DNA of 60,187 bases from an uncultured Halobacteriales archaeon (GTDB taxonomy: Archaea > Halobacteriota > Halobacteria > Halobacteriales > Hikarchaeaceae), in contig CAZKPC010000005.1 of assembly GCA_964554565.1 (NCBI GenBank), forward strand, positions 6,829 to 67,015. Reading direction: 5' to 3'. The notes beneath the pieces are model-generated. The model was given only the letters and a program-made list of their open reading frames with translations, searched no databases and was not told the origin of the DNA. Position numbers and translations under genes: made by a program. Shown here piece after piece: positions 1-8,351 of the stretch (its first letter is position 1; each line of letters begins with the position of its first letter).

Positions 1-2
1 TC

Positions 3-1343
3 ACTGACGCGGCGGTCGGCTACGCCCACCCGTATTTCCACGCGGCCAAGCGGCGCAATTGCTTCCACCCCGATACGCGGCTCTGGTATGCGGACGAGGC
101 GGACGAGTGGCAGTACGGCCGTATCGATGAACTCGTCGAGCAGCACCTGGACGACCCGGAACCGGACGCGACCGGCACCCTCGTCGAATCACTCGACGGG
201 TCCGTCACGGTCCCCGCACTCACCGCCGACGGGAGCGCCACGCGATCCCCCGTGACGGCCGTCTCGAAGCATCCGGCGCCCGACCACCTGATCGAGATCA
301 CCACGGCCGACAGGCGGTCCGTCACCGTCACCCCGGATCACACCATGCTCCGGTGGACCGATAGGCTAGACCGTACCCCGGCCAGCGAACTCGAGGAAGG
401 CGATCGACTGCCGGCATGGGACGGTGGCGAGACCACGATGGGCGGCTCGCAAGGCAACCACCGCGAAGAGTGTCCTGCGGTCCCAATCACAGCGGTCACA
501 AACATCGAATACGTCGACAGCGACGTCGACTACACCTACTGTCTGACCGTCGAAGACACTCACTCCGTCGTCGCGAACGGGCTCTACGTCGGCCAATGCG
601 ATGGCGACGAGGACTGCGTGATGCTGCTCATGGACGGCCTGCTCAACTTCTCCCAGTCCTACCTGCCCGACCGGCGCGGCGGCTCCATGGACGCGCCCTT
701 GGTGATGTCGTCCCGGATCGATCCGACGGAGATCGACGACGAGGCCCATAACATGGACATCGTCGAGAGCTATCCCCGGGAGTTCTACGAGGCGACCCGG
801 GAGCTGGCCGACCCGAGCGACGTCGAGATCCAGTTGGCCGGCGACCTGCTCGATACGGAGGACGCCTACGCCGGGTTCGCCCACACTCACGACACTTCGG
901 ATATCGCACTCGGGCCCGCGCTGTCGGCCTACAAGACCCTCGAATCGATGACTGACAAGCTGGATGCCCAGCTCGAGTTGGCCCGGAAGCTGGCTGGCGT
1001 CGACGAAACCGACGTGGCCGAGCGTATCATCGAATACCACTTCCTCCCGGACCTGCTCGGGAACCTGCGGGCCTTCTCTCGCCAGGAGACGCGCTGTCTG
1101 GACTGTGGCACGAAGTACCGCCGCATGCCCTTGACCGGGACCTGTCGGGAGTGTGGCGGGAACGTGAACCTGACCGTCCACGAGGGCTCCGTGTCGAAGT
1201 ACCTCGAGACGGCGATCGAGATCGCTGACACGTACGGCGCCCGTGAGTACACGAAACAGCGGCTCCAGCTGCTGGAGCGGACGATCGAGAGCGTGTTCGA
1301 GAACGACAAGGACCGGCCGTCGACGCTCGGCGAGTTCATGTGA
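3..1343 (+). CDS. polC: DNA polymerase D large subunit (DP2/PolC), C-terminal part, 5'-truncated by the window edge; contains an intein
   Basis: Frame open from nt 3: ...[14 protein letters not shown]|intein|[19 protein letters not shown]...GGSMDAPLV; C-terminal zinc finger CLDC...CREC; PIP-box-like tail TLGEFM. Confidence 0.97.
   Translation, partial: TDAAVGYAHPYFHAAKRRNCFHPDTRLWYADEADEWQYGRIDELVEQHLDDPEPDATGTLVESLDGSVTVPALTADGSATRSPVTAVSKHPAPDHLIEITTADRRSVTVTPDHTMLRWTDRLDRTPASELEEGDRLPAWDGGETTMGGSQGNHREECPAVPITAVTNIEYVDSDVDYTYCLTVEDTHSVVANGLYVGQCDGDEDCVMLLMDGLLNFSQSYLPDRRGGSMDAPLVMSSRIDPTEIDDEAHNMDIVESYPREFYEATRELADPSDVEIQLAGDLLDTEDAYAGFAHTHDTSDIALGPALSAYKTLESMTDKLDAQLELARKLAGVDETDVAERIIEYHFLPDLLGNLRAFSRQETRCLDCGTKYRRMPLTGTCRECGGNVNLTVHEGSVSKYLETAIEIADTYGAREYTKQRLQLLERTIESVFENDKDRPSTLGEFM
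60..596 (+). mobile_element. Mini-intein (179 aa, no homing endonuclease) in DP2
   Basis: Splits the conserved KRRN/CDGDED motif. Starts CFHPDTR (block A), has VTPDH (block B) and YTYCLTV (block F), ends ANGLYVGQ, followed by Cys+1. Confidence 0.93.
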
Positions 1344-1547
1344 CCGGTGTCGCGGGCGGCATCCCGCGGTTTGAATAGGCGGACCGGTAACCGATCGCGG
1401 CCCGACGGGCTGGATCAGTGCTCTACAGCCCCGGAGATGCCACGATAAGTCCGAGAACGCCAGGCCGCTTCCCGGAGAGTGAAAGGGCCCGCTGTCCAAC
1501 TCCAGGAAGCCGCGGATCGGGCCGTTCGGCCGCCGCGGGGTGTCAGC

Positions 1548-2468
1548 ATGCCGGAAATCAGCATCATGGTCGAGGGACAGCACGGCGTGAACTGGGACAA
1601 CTGGCGGTCCTTCAGTCGGGCCGTCGAGCGATTGGGGTTCGACGGCCTGTTCCGGTCGGACCACTTCACGAACCCGGACGGGCCGTTTCAGGACGCGCTC
1701 GACCTCTGGCCGTCGCTCACCTGGCTCGCCGACAACACCGAGACGATCGACTTCGGGCCGCTCGTCACGCCGATGTCGTTCCGCCATCCGGTGTTCACCG
1801 CCCGCATGGGCAAGGACGTCGACAACCTCGCCGGCGGCCGCCTCGTGCTGGGACTCGGGGCCGGCTGGCAGGAACGGGAACACGAGACCTTCGGCTTCGA
1901 CCTGCTCGAGGTCCCCGAACGGTTCGATCGGTTCGAGGAAGGGGTCGAGGTGATCGCGAACCTCCTCCGGGAGCCGGACGCGGTCTCCTTCGACGGGGCG
2001 TACTACGAGCTGGATGGAGCCGAACTCCACCCCCGGCCGGAGCGGGACGGCGGCACCCGGATCGCGATCGGGGGCAACGGCCCGAACCGGACCATGCCCC
2101 TCGCGGCCCGGTACGCCGACGAGTGGAACGCCATGTTCTCGACGCCCGACGAGTACGCCGAGCGGAACAGCCGGTTCGATGACCTCGTCGCGGAGGCTGG
2201 CCGCGATCCGGCGACCGTCACGCGATCGATGATGACCCCGCTGGTCTTCGGGCGGGACGAGGACGAAGTCGACCGCGTCTTGGAGGAGCAGCGAAACGGC
2301 GCCGCCGCTGAGGAACTCCGCGACCGCGGAGCCGTGGTTGGCACCGCTGCGGACGTCACCGAGCACCTCGACCAGCTTGAGGCGGGCGGCCTCGATCGGG
2401 TCATGCTACAGTGGCTGGCGATCGACGAACTCGACCGGCTCGAAGCCTTCGCCGACGCCGTGCTCTGA
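1548..2468 (+). CDS. Luciferase-like (LLM) probable F420-dependent oxidoreductase
   Basis: GFDGLFRSDHF, GRLVLGLGAGW, IAIGGNG, ARYADEWN motifs; ATG 1548 chosen within ORF 1479..2468. Confidence 0.88.
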   Translation: MPEISIMVEGQHGVNWDNWRSFSRAVERLGFDGLFRSDHFTNPDGPFQDALDLWPSLTWLADNTETIDFGPLVTPMSFRHPVFTARMGKDVDNLAGGRLVLGLGAGWQEREHETFGFDLLEVPERFDRFEEGVEVIANLLREPDAVSFDGAYYELDGAELHPRPERDGGTRIAIGGNGPNRTMPLAARYADEWNAMFSTPDEYAERNSRFDDLVAEAGRDPATVTRSMMTPLVFGRDEDEVDRVLEEQRNGAAAEELRDRGAVVGTAADVTEHLDQLEAGGLDRVMLQWLAIDELDRLEAFADAVL

Positions 2469-2494
2469 CGGTCCGATCCAAACCCAAAATTCAG

Positions 2495-2875
2495 TCAGTT
2501 CGCGCCGGCGTCCCTGGATTCCCAGTAGCCGATGCCGGCACCCAGGAGGGCGATGGCGGCGGTGAACAACACGCCCACGACGAGCGTCAACACGCTGAGG
2601 ACGCCGAGGACGACATAGACCCGCTTCGAGGGGGTGTGTCGCTCGCTGTACGCGTAGTACAGCATCGCGAGGGCGAAGGCGATCGCGAGCCCAGTGACCA
2701 CGACGATTTCGCCAGTCGTCACCTCGACGCCGTCGAACACGCCCGCATAGAGGTTCGCGTTCACGATGTCGTAGACGCCCTCGATGATCGCCATGACGGC
2801 GCCGATGACAACGACCTTGATCGGGGTGGCTATCGATTCGTTCTCCGCAGTTACAACATTATCAACAGTTGCCAT
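2495..2875 (-). CDS. Hypothetical membrane protein (3-4 TM)
   Basis: 126-aa ATG ORF with hydrophobic segments and host-like codon usage. Confidence 0.7.
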   Translation of the reverse strand: MATVDNVVTAENESIATPIKVVVIGAVMAIIEGVYDIVNANLYAGVFDGVEVTTGEIVVVTGLAIAFALAMLYYAYSERHTPSKRVYVVLGVLSVLTLVVGVLFTAAIALLGAGIGYWESRDAGAN

Positions 2876-2963
2876 GCCGTGCCTAGAGGGCGGATAAGGC
2901 TAAGCCCGTGTCGTTGACATGGCTGTCAATACCTCGCAGCCAATCAGTCGATACTCCGGCGTC

Positions 2964-4001
2964 TCAAGCCCGAGCGATGACCGAGAACGTCGCGAGGCCG
3001 CCGACGACCAGGGCGAACCAGTACGAGGCGACGCGGTACACCGTGGCGACGGCGAACGCCTCCCCGGCCCCGAGCGGCACCAAGGCGACGAGGAGGACCA
3101 CCAGCGCTGTTTCGACCCCGGCCAGGCCGCCCGGCGTCGGCACGAACCCGGCGATCGTACTCGCCGGCACGATGAACAGCACGACGAGCGGTTCGATGTG
3201 GAACCCCAGCGTGATCGCCGCGATGTACAGCGGGAGGGCGAAGAACAGCCAACCGGTATAGGAGAACACGAGGGCATAGGCGAGCTCCCGGGGTTCGTCG
3301 GCGATGAGTTCGAGCGAGGCGTAGAACCGATCGATCCGGCCCCGGACTCCCTCGACCGAGAACCGTTTCGTCCGAGCGAGCACGGGGCTGAGCAGCCGGA
3401 GCATGCCCCGCTCGACGGCGTCGCGGTAATTCCAGCCGAGATAGGCGATGGCCGGGATCGCGACTGCCAGGGCGGTGAGCGCGAACGCCAACGGCCGAAT
3501 GACCGCGGGGAGTTCCGCTCGGATCAACAGCACGGCCAGGCCGAGCGCCGCGAAGTTGAAGAACGGCAAGAGGTTCAGGAGATCGGCGATCACGACGCTC
3601 GCGAGGCTGTCCTCGTAGGACGCCCCGGTGTCCTGGGAGAGGACGTAGGCGATGAACGGCTCGCCGCCGGCTTGCCCGAACGGCGTGACGTAGTTCGCGA
3701 AGGTCGCCGAGAAGTAGGTCACGACGAGGTGGCGGTACTCGACGTCGATGCCAACCACTGCGAGGACGACCTGCCAGGCCTTGCCCCACGCGGCCAGCCC
3801 GATGAACGTGGAGAGACACGCCACCGCGAGCCACCGGAGATCGGCCTTCCGGAAGGCCAGTCGCACGTCGTCCAGCCCGATGATCACGCCGAGGAAGTAC
3901 ACCAAAATACCGGCGATAACAAACCCGATGACGATCTTCGCCAGGGTTCGACGGTCGGCGAACTGCTCGTAAATGACGGCCGCGCCGTTAGACTCAGACA
4001 C
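2964..4001 (-). CDS. Lysylphosphatidylglycerol synthase TM / UPF0104 flippase-like membrane protein
   Basis: FANYVTPFGQAGGEP, PTPGGLAGVE and YRVASYW motifs. GTG 4001 is preceded by GGAG and lies 10 nt after the upstream gene's stop. Confidence 0.85.
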   Translation of the reverse strand: MSESNGAAVIYEQFADRRTLAKIVIGFVIAGILVYFLGVIIGLDDVRLAFRKADLRWLAVACLSTFIGLAAWGKAWQVVLAVVGIDVEYRHLVVTYFSATFANYVTPFGQAGGEPFIAYVLSQDTGASYEDSLASVVIADLLNLLPFFNFAALGLAVLLIRAELPAVIRPLAFALTALAVAIPAIAYLGWNYRDAVERGMLRLLSPVLARTKRFSVEGVRGRIDRFYASLELIADEPRELAYALVFSYTGWLFFALPLYIAAITLGFHIEPLVVLFIVPASTIAGFVPTPGGLAGVETALVVLLVALVPLGAGEAFAVATVYRVASYWFALVVGGLATFSVIARA

Positions 4002-4011
4002 GGGTCGGCTC

Positions 4012-5484
4012 CTATTCGATGTACCCGAGATCGCGCAGCCGTTCCTGCGCATCCGTGCTCATCTCGGCCAACACATCGTCCCCGGCGGGCTCACTGCCCC
4101 ATTGCCCGACTCGGGCTTCGAACGCGGTCAACGAGGCCTCGAGCTCAGCTTCGGCTTCGGTGCCATCGCCGGCGAGGTTCTCGAGCTCGTCGGGATCCTG
4201 ATCGAGCCGGTAGAACTCGTCGGGGATCCGCTCGTTTCGGATGTACTTGGCGTCCGGGCGCCGGACGGCGCGCATCCGGGAATAGAACCGGGAGTCCTCC
4301 TCGAGCTCGATGCCGGCGGCGGCCGCCTTCGACTCCAGCTGGTTGAGTTCCACGACCGGGCGCGAGTACTCCACGTAAGCGTGCGCCGCGTCGTCGAACG
4401 TCCGGTAATCCTCCCGGAGCAATGAGCGGCCCCGATCGAGCGGTTCGGCCCCGTCCGGTTCCGGAACACCGGTGTGGTCCAGCACCGTGTGGTAGAGGTC
4501 CAGCAGTTCGACCTGGTCCTCGCGCCGCTCTGCCCCGAGTTCCGGGTGCTTGACCAGCAGCGGGACGTTGACGAGCGGGTCGTAGATACAGAACTCGTGG
4601 CCGTAGAGGCCGTGCTCGCCATGGAGTTCGCCGTGATCGGCGCAGACGATCACCAACGTCTCCTCCCAGAGGTCCTGGTCGCGGAGCCACGTCCAGAGCC
4701 GCTCGAGCTCCGCGTCGATGTGGCGGATCTCGGCGTCGTACAACCCCCGAATGGCCGCCCATTCCTCTTCGTCGATGTCCCGAGCCCCGGCGTTGTACTC
4801 CTTGGAGTTCTGGCAGACGGCCGTCGAATCCACGCCGGGTGCGAACCGCTCGGCGTATTCCTCGGGCGGGTGATAGGGCAGGTGGGCGTCCATCAGGTTG
4901 AGGAAGACGAACCACTCCTCGCCGGCGCCGTCGATGAAGTCGATGGCCTGGTCGATGGCTTCGGGCGTTTTCGAGGATTCCCTGTCGCCGCCGGCCAGGT
5001 ACTCGTGGACGGTGTTCCCGAGCTCGACGAGCTTGTCCGCCACGGCCCGCAGGCGGTCGTTGTCGTTCATGGCCTTCCAGGCCCGGGCGAGCGGCCCCGA
5101 GAACAGGTCGCCCGGGAGGACTTCGAAGAAGTTGTCCTGGTCGTCGAAGCCAGCTGTCAGGCCGGTGTAGGGCGTGATCCAGGCGTTCGATGAGTAACAC
5201 GCCGTATCGTATCCAGCGCTCGACAGGGTCTCGGCGAGGGTCGTGACGTCCTCGAGGTACGGGCGCTCCTGGCTGGCGCCGTGCTCGCCGGGATAGAGGC
5301 CGGTGAACAGCGAAGCGTGGACCGGTAGCGTCCAGGGCGCCGGGGCCACGGCTTCATCGAACACCGTGGCGTCGTCGGCGACGGTTTCCAGGGCGGGGGT
5401 GGTCGGTTCGTCGTAGCCATAGACGGACAACCGGTCCTTGCGGACGGTGTCCATGACGACGAACACGACGTTCCCCCCAGGCAT
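4012..5484 (-). CDS. Sulfatase-like alkaline phosphatase superfamily protein
   Basis: NVVFVVMDTVR, PWTLPVHASLFTG, DAHLPY, ADHGE..GEHG..GH, C-terminal RLRDLGY; no signal peptide. Confidence 0.9.
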   Translation of the reverse strand: MPGGNVVFVVMDTVRKDRLSVYGYDEPTTPALETVADDATVFDEAVAPAPWTLPVHASLFTGLYPGEHGASQERPYLEDVTTLAETLSSAGYDTACYSSNAWITPYTGLTAGFDDQDNFFEVLPGDLFSGPLARAWKAMNDNDRLRAVADKLVELGNTVHEYLAGGDRESSKTPEAIDQAIDFIDGAGEEWFVFLNLMDAHLPYHPPEEYAERFAPGVDSTAVCQNSKEYNAGARDIDEEEWAAIRGLYDAEIRHIDAELERLWTWLRDQDLWEETLVIVCADHGELHGEHGLYGHEFCIYDPLVNVPLLVKHPELGAERREDQVELLDLYHTVLDHTGVPEPDGAEPLDRGRSLLREDYRTFDDAAHAYVEYSRPVVELNQLESKAAAAGIELEEDSRFYSRMRAVRRPDAKYIRNERIPDEFYRLDQDPDELENLAGDGTEAEAELEASLTAFEARVGQWGSEPAGDDVLAEMSTDAQERLRDLGYIE

Positions 5485-5601
5485 ACCTTACCAGGGGTTC
5501 GGGTCAGCATTAAAACTCCCCGATACCCGATCGACGGACGGCGTCGGGGCTCCTCGAGCCAAATTGTGGCGTAAATACAGCCGGCTGAACGCGGAACCCG
5601 G

Positions 5602-5964
5602 TTAGAATGGGGCCGTGGGACCCGTGTCGTCCCGGCCGTCGTCGTCCAATGTCTCTCCGGGGAACGACGGGCTCTGCTCGCCACCCATCCCGCCGCCACC
5701 GCCCATGCCGGTGTCGGCGTGAACCGTCTCGATCTCCGGGATCTCCTTGACCATGCGGGATTTGATGGCCTGGATCGTCATCGGGGAGATGCCGCAGCCG
5801 CTGCAGGCGCCCCCGAGCATGACCGTGACCTCGCCGCTCTCGACGTCCAGATCCTGAATCGCGGCGCTCCCGCCATGCATCTGGATCTGGGGGAAGTTCC
5901 GCATCAGGAAGTTGCTGATGCGGTCCCGGAGGTCGTCCTCGTCCGTCGTCGTCTCGGTGCTCAT
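5602..5964 (-). CDS. NifU/Nfu-domain Fe-S cluster scaffold protein
   Basis: FPQIQMHGG...LGGACSGC motif; TATA-like CTTAAG at 5989-5994. Confidence 0.9.
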   Translation of the reverse strand: MSTETTTDEDDLRDRISNFLMRNFPQIQMHGGSAAIQDLDVESGEVTVMLGGACSGCGISPMTIQAIKSRMVKEIPEIETVHADTGMGGGGGMGGEQSPSFPGETLDDDGRDDTGPTAPF

Positions 5965-5988
5965 AGACCCTGGTTCGTGACGCACGGC

Positions 5989-5994
5989 CTTAAG
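5989..5994 (-). promoter_or_regulatory. TATA box for leaderless nifU-like transcript
   Basis: CTTAAG 25-30 nt upstream of ATG 5964, typical haloarchaeal spacing. Confidence 0.6.
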
Positions 5995-6035
5995 CCCTTC
6001 CGGGCGGGTTTCGAAGCGGCGCTAACCGGGGGAAT

Positions 6036-6248
6036 CTATGGATTGCCGTGAACGGACGCGGGTGGATCGTAGAAGAGCCCGGCCAGCATGATTACGCCGC
6101 TGGCTATAGCTGCCGTTCCAAGTGCCACCGTTCCGCCGCTGATCGAAGCCGAGGCGAACAGGTAGCCGGCCACGAACACCGTCGGGATGCCCGCCAGGAC
6201 GGCGTCGTACCGGGTGAATACCCGCCGGTACCGCGAACGAACCTCCAT
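6036..6248 (-). CDS. Small 2-TM membrane protein
   Basis: 70 aa, RYDAVLAGIP...LFYDPP pattern recalled from small haloarchaeal membrane proteins. Confidence 0.65.
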   Translation of the reverse strand: MEVRSRYRRVFTRYDAVLAGIPTVFVAGYLFASASISGGTVALGTAAIASGVIMLAGLFYDPPASVHGNP

Positions 6249-6269
6249 CTTGGATCGGCTGGTGTACTC

Positions 6270-6297
6270 CTCGCGAATAAATCTAATTATATCTAAT
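6270..6297. other. Candidate dif-like (Xer) recombination site, 11-6-11
   Basis: CTCGCGAATAA-ATCTAA-TTATATCTAAT; ATAA/TTAT inner inverted repeat around a 6-nt spacer. Also overlaps a stop codon and a likely promoter. Confidence 0.3.
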
Positions 6298-6631
6298 TAC
6301 CCGACTGACCGTTGTCCTCGAACCCGAACTCCCGGCGGAGTTCCGCGCGCAGACGAGTTCGATATTCATCCAGGACCGCCTCGAACTTCTCCTCGGACAC
6401 CAGGACGCCGCTCACGCGGTCGAAAGGGGCGTCCGGCAGGTCGATCCGGAATTCGCCATCGCCCTCGTAGAACGGCTCGCTCTCGTTCAGGACCTCTTGG
6501 TCGATCGCATGGACGAGGTCGGAGTCGAACCGGTCGTTCATGGTCTCGAAGGCCCGTTTATAAGCGCGGTCGAGTTCTTGGAGGTAGTGGACGTATTTGT
6601 CCTCGAACTTGTCCGGATCGAAGGCGGTCAT
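6293..6631 (-). CDS. Conserved haloarchaeal hypothetical protein (DUF5783-like)
   Basis: FDPDKFEDKYVHY...AIDQEVLNESEPFY; acidic; family name from memory. Confidence 0.8.
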   Translation of the reverse strand: MTAFDPDKFEDKYVHYLQELDRAYKRAFETMNDRFDSDLVHAIDQEVLNESEPFYEGDGEFRIDLPDAPFDRVSGVLVSEEKFEAVLDEYRTRLRAELRREFGFEDNGQSGN

Positions 6632-6822
6632 GGACGCCACCCCGGCCGCCGGGCCTAAAACTCGCGTGTGTCGGCGCGTGGCAGACGAGACGCGAACCGT
6701 TCAGTCGTTCGGTAGCGGCTCTGAAATCGGAGCCGGATTGCGGCCCGTTTCGTGCTTCATTTGGGTCAGATTTGCCAAATCGTTGATTAGAGTGTCGAGG
6801 GCAGGAGGGAGTGGTGTTTGCG

Positions 6823-7563
6823 ATGCACGCGACGAGACGAAAAACGATCAAGGGACTCGGCGCAGGAACGGCTGTCCTTGTCGGCGGCGTCAATTCGGTC
6901 GGCGCAGCGGACGGCGACGCGAAGCTCCGGGCGGCCCATGCCGTCCCCGACGCCCTAGCTGTCGATGTGTTAGTGGACGGTACCGTCGCGGTGGCTGACC
7001 TGGCCTTCGGTGAGGTCACCGGGTACCTCGAAGTGCCCGCGGGCGAGTACGACCTCGCGATCAACGTTGCGGGGACCTCGACCACCGTGTTCAGTGCCAC
7101 GATCGAGTTGGCGGCCGAGGATTATACCGCGGCTGCCATCGGGAACCTCGACCCCGAGGGGAACGAGTCGGGCATCACCGTCGATCTCTTCACCGACAAA
7201 CTCGGCGTGCTCGACAGTGGTGACGGGCGGGTGCGCGCCTATCATGCGTCCCCGGACGCCCCGAGCGTGGATGTCGCCGTCGCCGACGAAAACGACGAAC
7301 CGGCCCTCTATCTCGCGCGGGATCTGTCCTTCGGCTCTGCAGGTCCCAACACCGAGGTGGCCGCCGGAACGTATCCGGTCGCCGTCTATTCCGCCGGCTC
7401 AAACACTCCAGTGTTCGGGCCCGTTGAGGTGACAGTTCGTGATGGCGAGGTGCTGACCGCGTTCGCGGAAGGGGAACTCGATCCCGAGGGCGACGAACCA
7501 GGATTCCAACCCGAGTTCGCGTACGAGGAAGCGGCCCCGTTCGGCCGGGGGAGGGGTCGGTAG
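6823..7563 (+). CDS. Tat-secreted DUF4397-domain protein (two repeats)
   Basis: TRRKTIKGLG twin-arginine signal; LRAAHAVPDALAVDV and VRAYHASPDAPSVDV repeats; GGAGG upstream. Confidence 0.85.
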   Translation: MHATRRKTIKGLGAGTAVLVGGVNSVGAADGDAKLRAAHAVPDALAVDVLVDGTVAVADLAFGEVTGYLEVPAGEYDLAINVAGTSTTVFSATIELAAEDYTAAAIGNLDPEGNESGITVDLFTDKLGVLDSGDGRVRAYHASPDAPSVDVAVADENDEPALYLARDLSFGSAGPNTEVAAGTYPVAVYSAGSNTPVFGPVEVTVRDGEVLTAFAEGELDPEGDEPGFQPEFAYEEAAPFGRGRGR

Positions 7564-7707
7564 GGATTCACGATCGATCCGGTTGGCCGTCCCTCCAAAA
7601 GCTACCTCACCGGCCCTCCAAGGCGCTCCACAGTTCCTGTAATTCGGTCTCCCCTCCCAGCCGTCCCAACGATCGGTGTCGTTCGACCCTTCGTGACGAC
7701 TCGGCCG

Positions 7708-7719
7708 TTGTACTTACAA
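7708..7719. promoter_or_regulatory. Palindrome over the promoter of the ArsR-like gene (candidate operator)
   Basis: TTGTA-CT-TACAA, 26-37 nt upstream of ATG 7745, flanked by ACTCGG/CCGAGT. Confidence 0.35.
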
Positions 7720-7744
7720 TGCGTCCCGAGTTTGCATCCTGGCA

Positions 7745-8023
7745 ATGGAGGCGGTGCTCTGGCAGGTGTTGGCCGGCACGCGCGGGGGCCCCAACCGGGC
7801 CCGAGTGCTCCGAGCGCTCGAGGAGCGCCCGCGGAATGCCAACCAACTGGCAGAGGACCTCGACTTGGCCTACAAGACCATCAGACACCACCTCGAGGTG
7901 CTGGAGGAGAACGACGTGATCGAGAGTACGGACAGCGACTATGGCGCGGTCTACTTGCCGACCGACCGGGCCCGACACAACTGGGAGACCATCCAAGAGA
8001 TTATTCAGCAGGTAGAACCATGA
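7745..8023 (+). CDS. ArsR-family winged-helix transcriptional regulator
   Basis: LAGTRGGPNRARVL...PRNANQLAEDLDLAYKTIRHHLEVL. Confidence 0.9.
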   Translation: MEAVLWQVLAGTRGGPNRARVLRALEERPRNANQLAEDLDLAYKTIRHHLEVLEENDVIESTDSDYGAVYLPTDRARHNWETIQEIIQQVEP

Positions 8024-8069
8024 ACACGACACGCCAATTGACTCGTAGATCACACGGGGGACCGCCGCG

Positions 8070-8351
8070 ATGAGCCTCATGCTCGACGCCGCGCGCGTCG
8101 CAGCCGGGTTGAACATCCTGCTGTTGCTCGCGATCATCTACGTCTGGGGCCGCAGTTACCTGGAGATCCGGTCGAAACACACGCTGGGCTCGTTCGTGTT
8201 CGCGGTCTTCCTCTTAGCGGAGAACGCGCTGGCCCTCTTCTATTACCTGAATCCGCCACAGATGTCCATCGCCGCGGTCCAGGCGATGATGATCCTCCAA
8301 GTCCTGGAAACGGTCGGCATCGCGTTCTTGGTCTATGTCACGTACGATTGA
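8070..8351 (+). CDS. Small 3-TM membrane protein, likely co-transcribed with the ArsR-like gene
   Basis: 93 aa hydrophobic; NILLL..YVWGRSY..SKHTLG..FAVFLLAEN pattern. Confidence 0.8.
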   Translation: MSLMLDAARVAAGLNILLLLAIIYVWGRSYLEIRSKHTLGSFVFAVFLLAENALALFYYLNPPQMSIAAVQAMMILQVLETVGIAFLVYVTYD

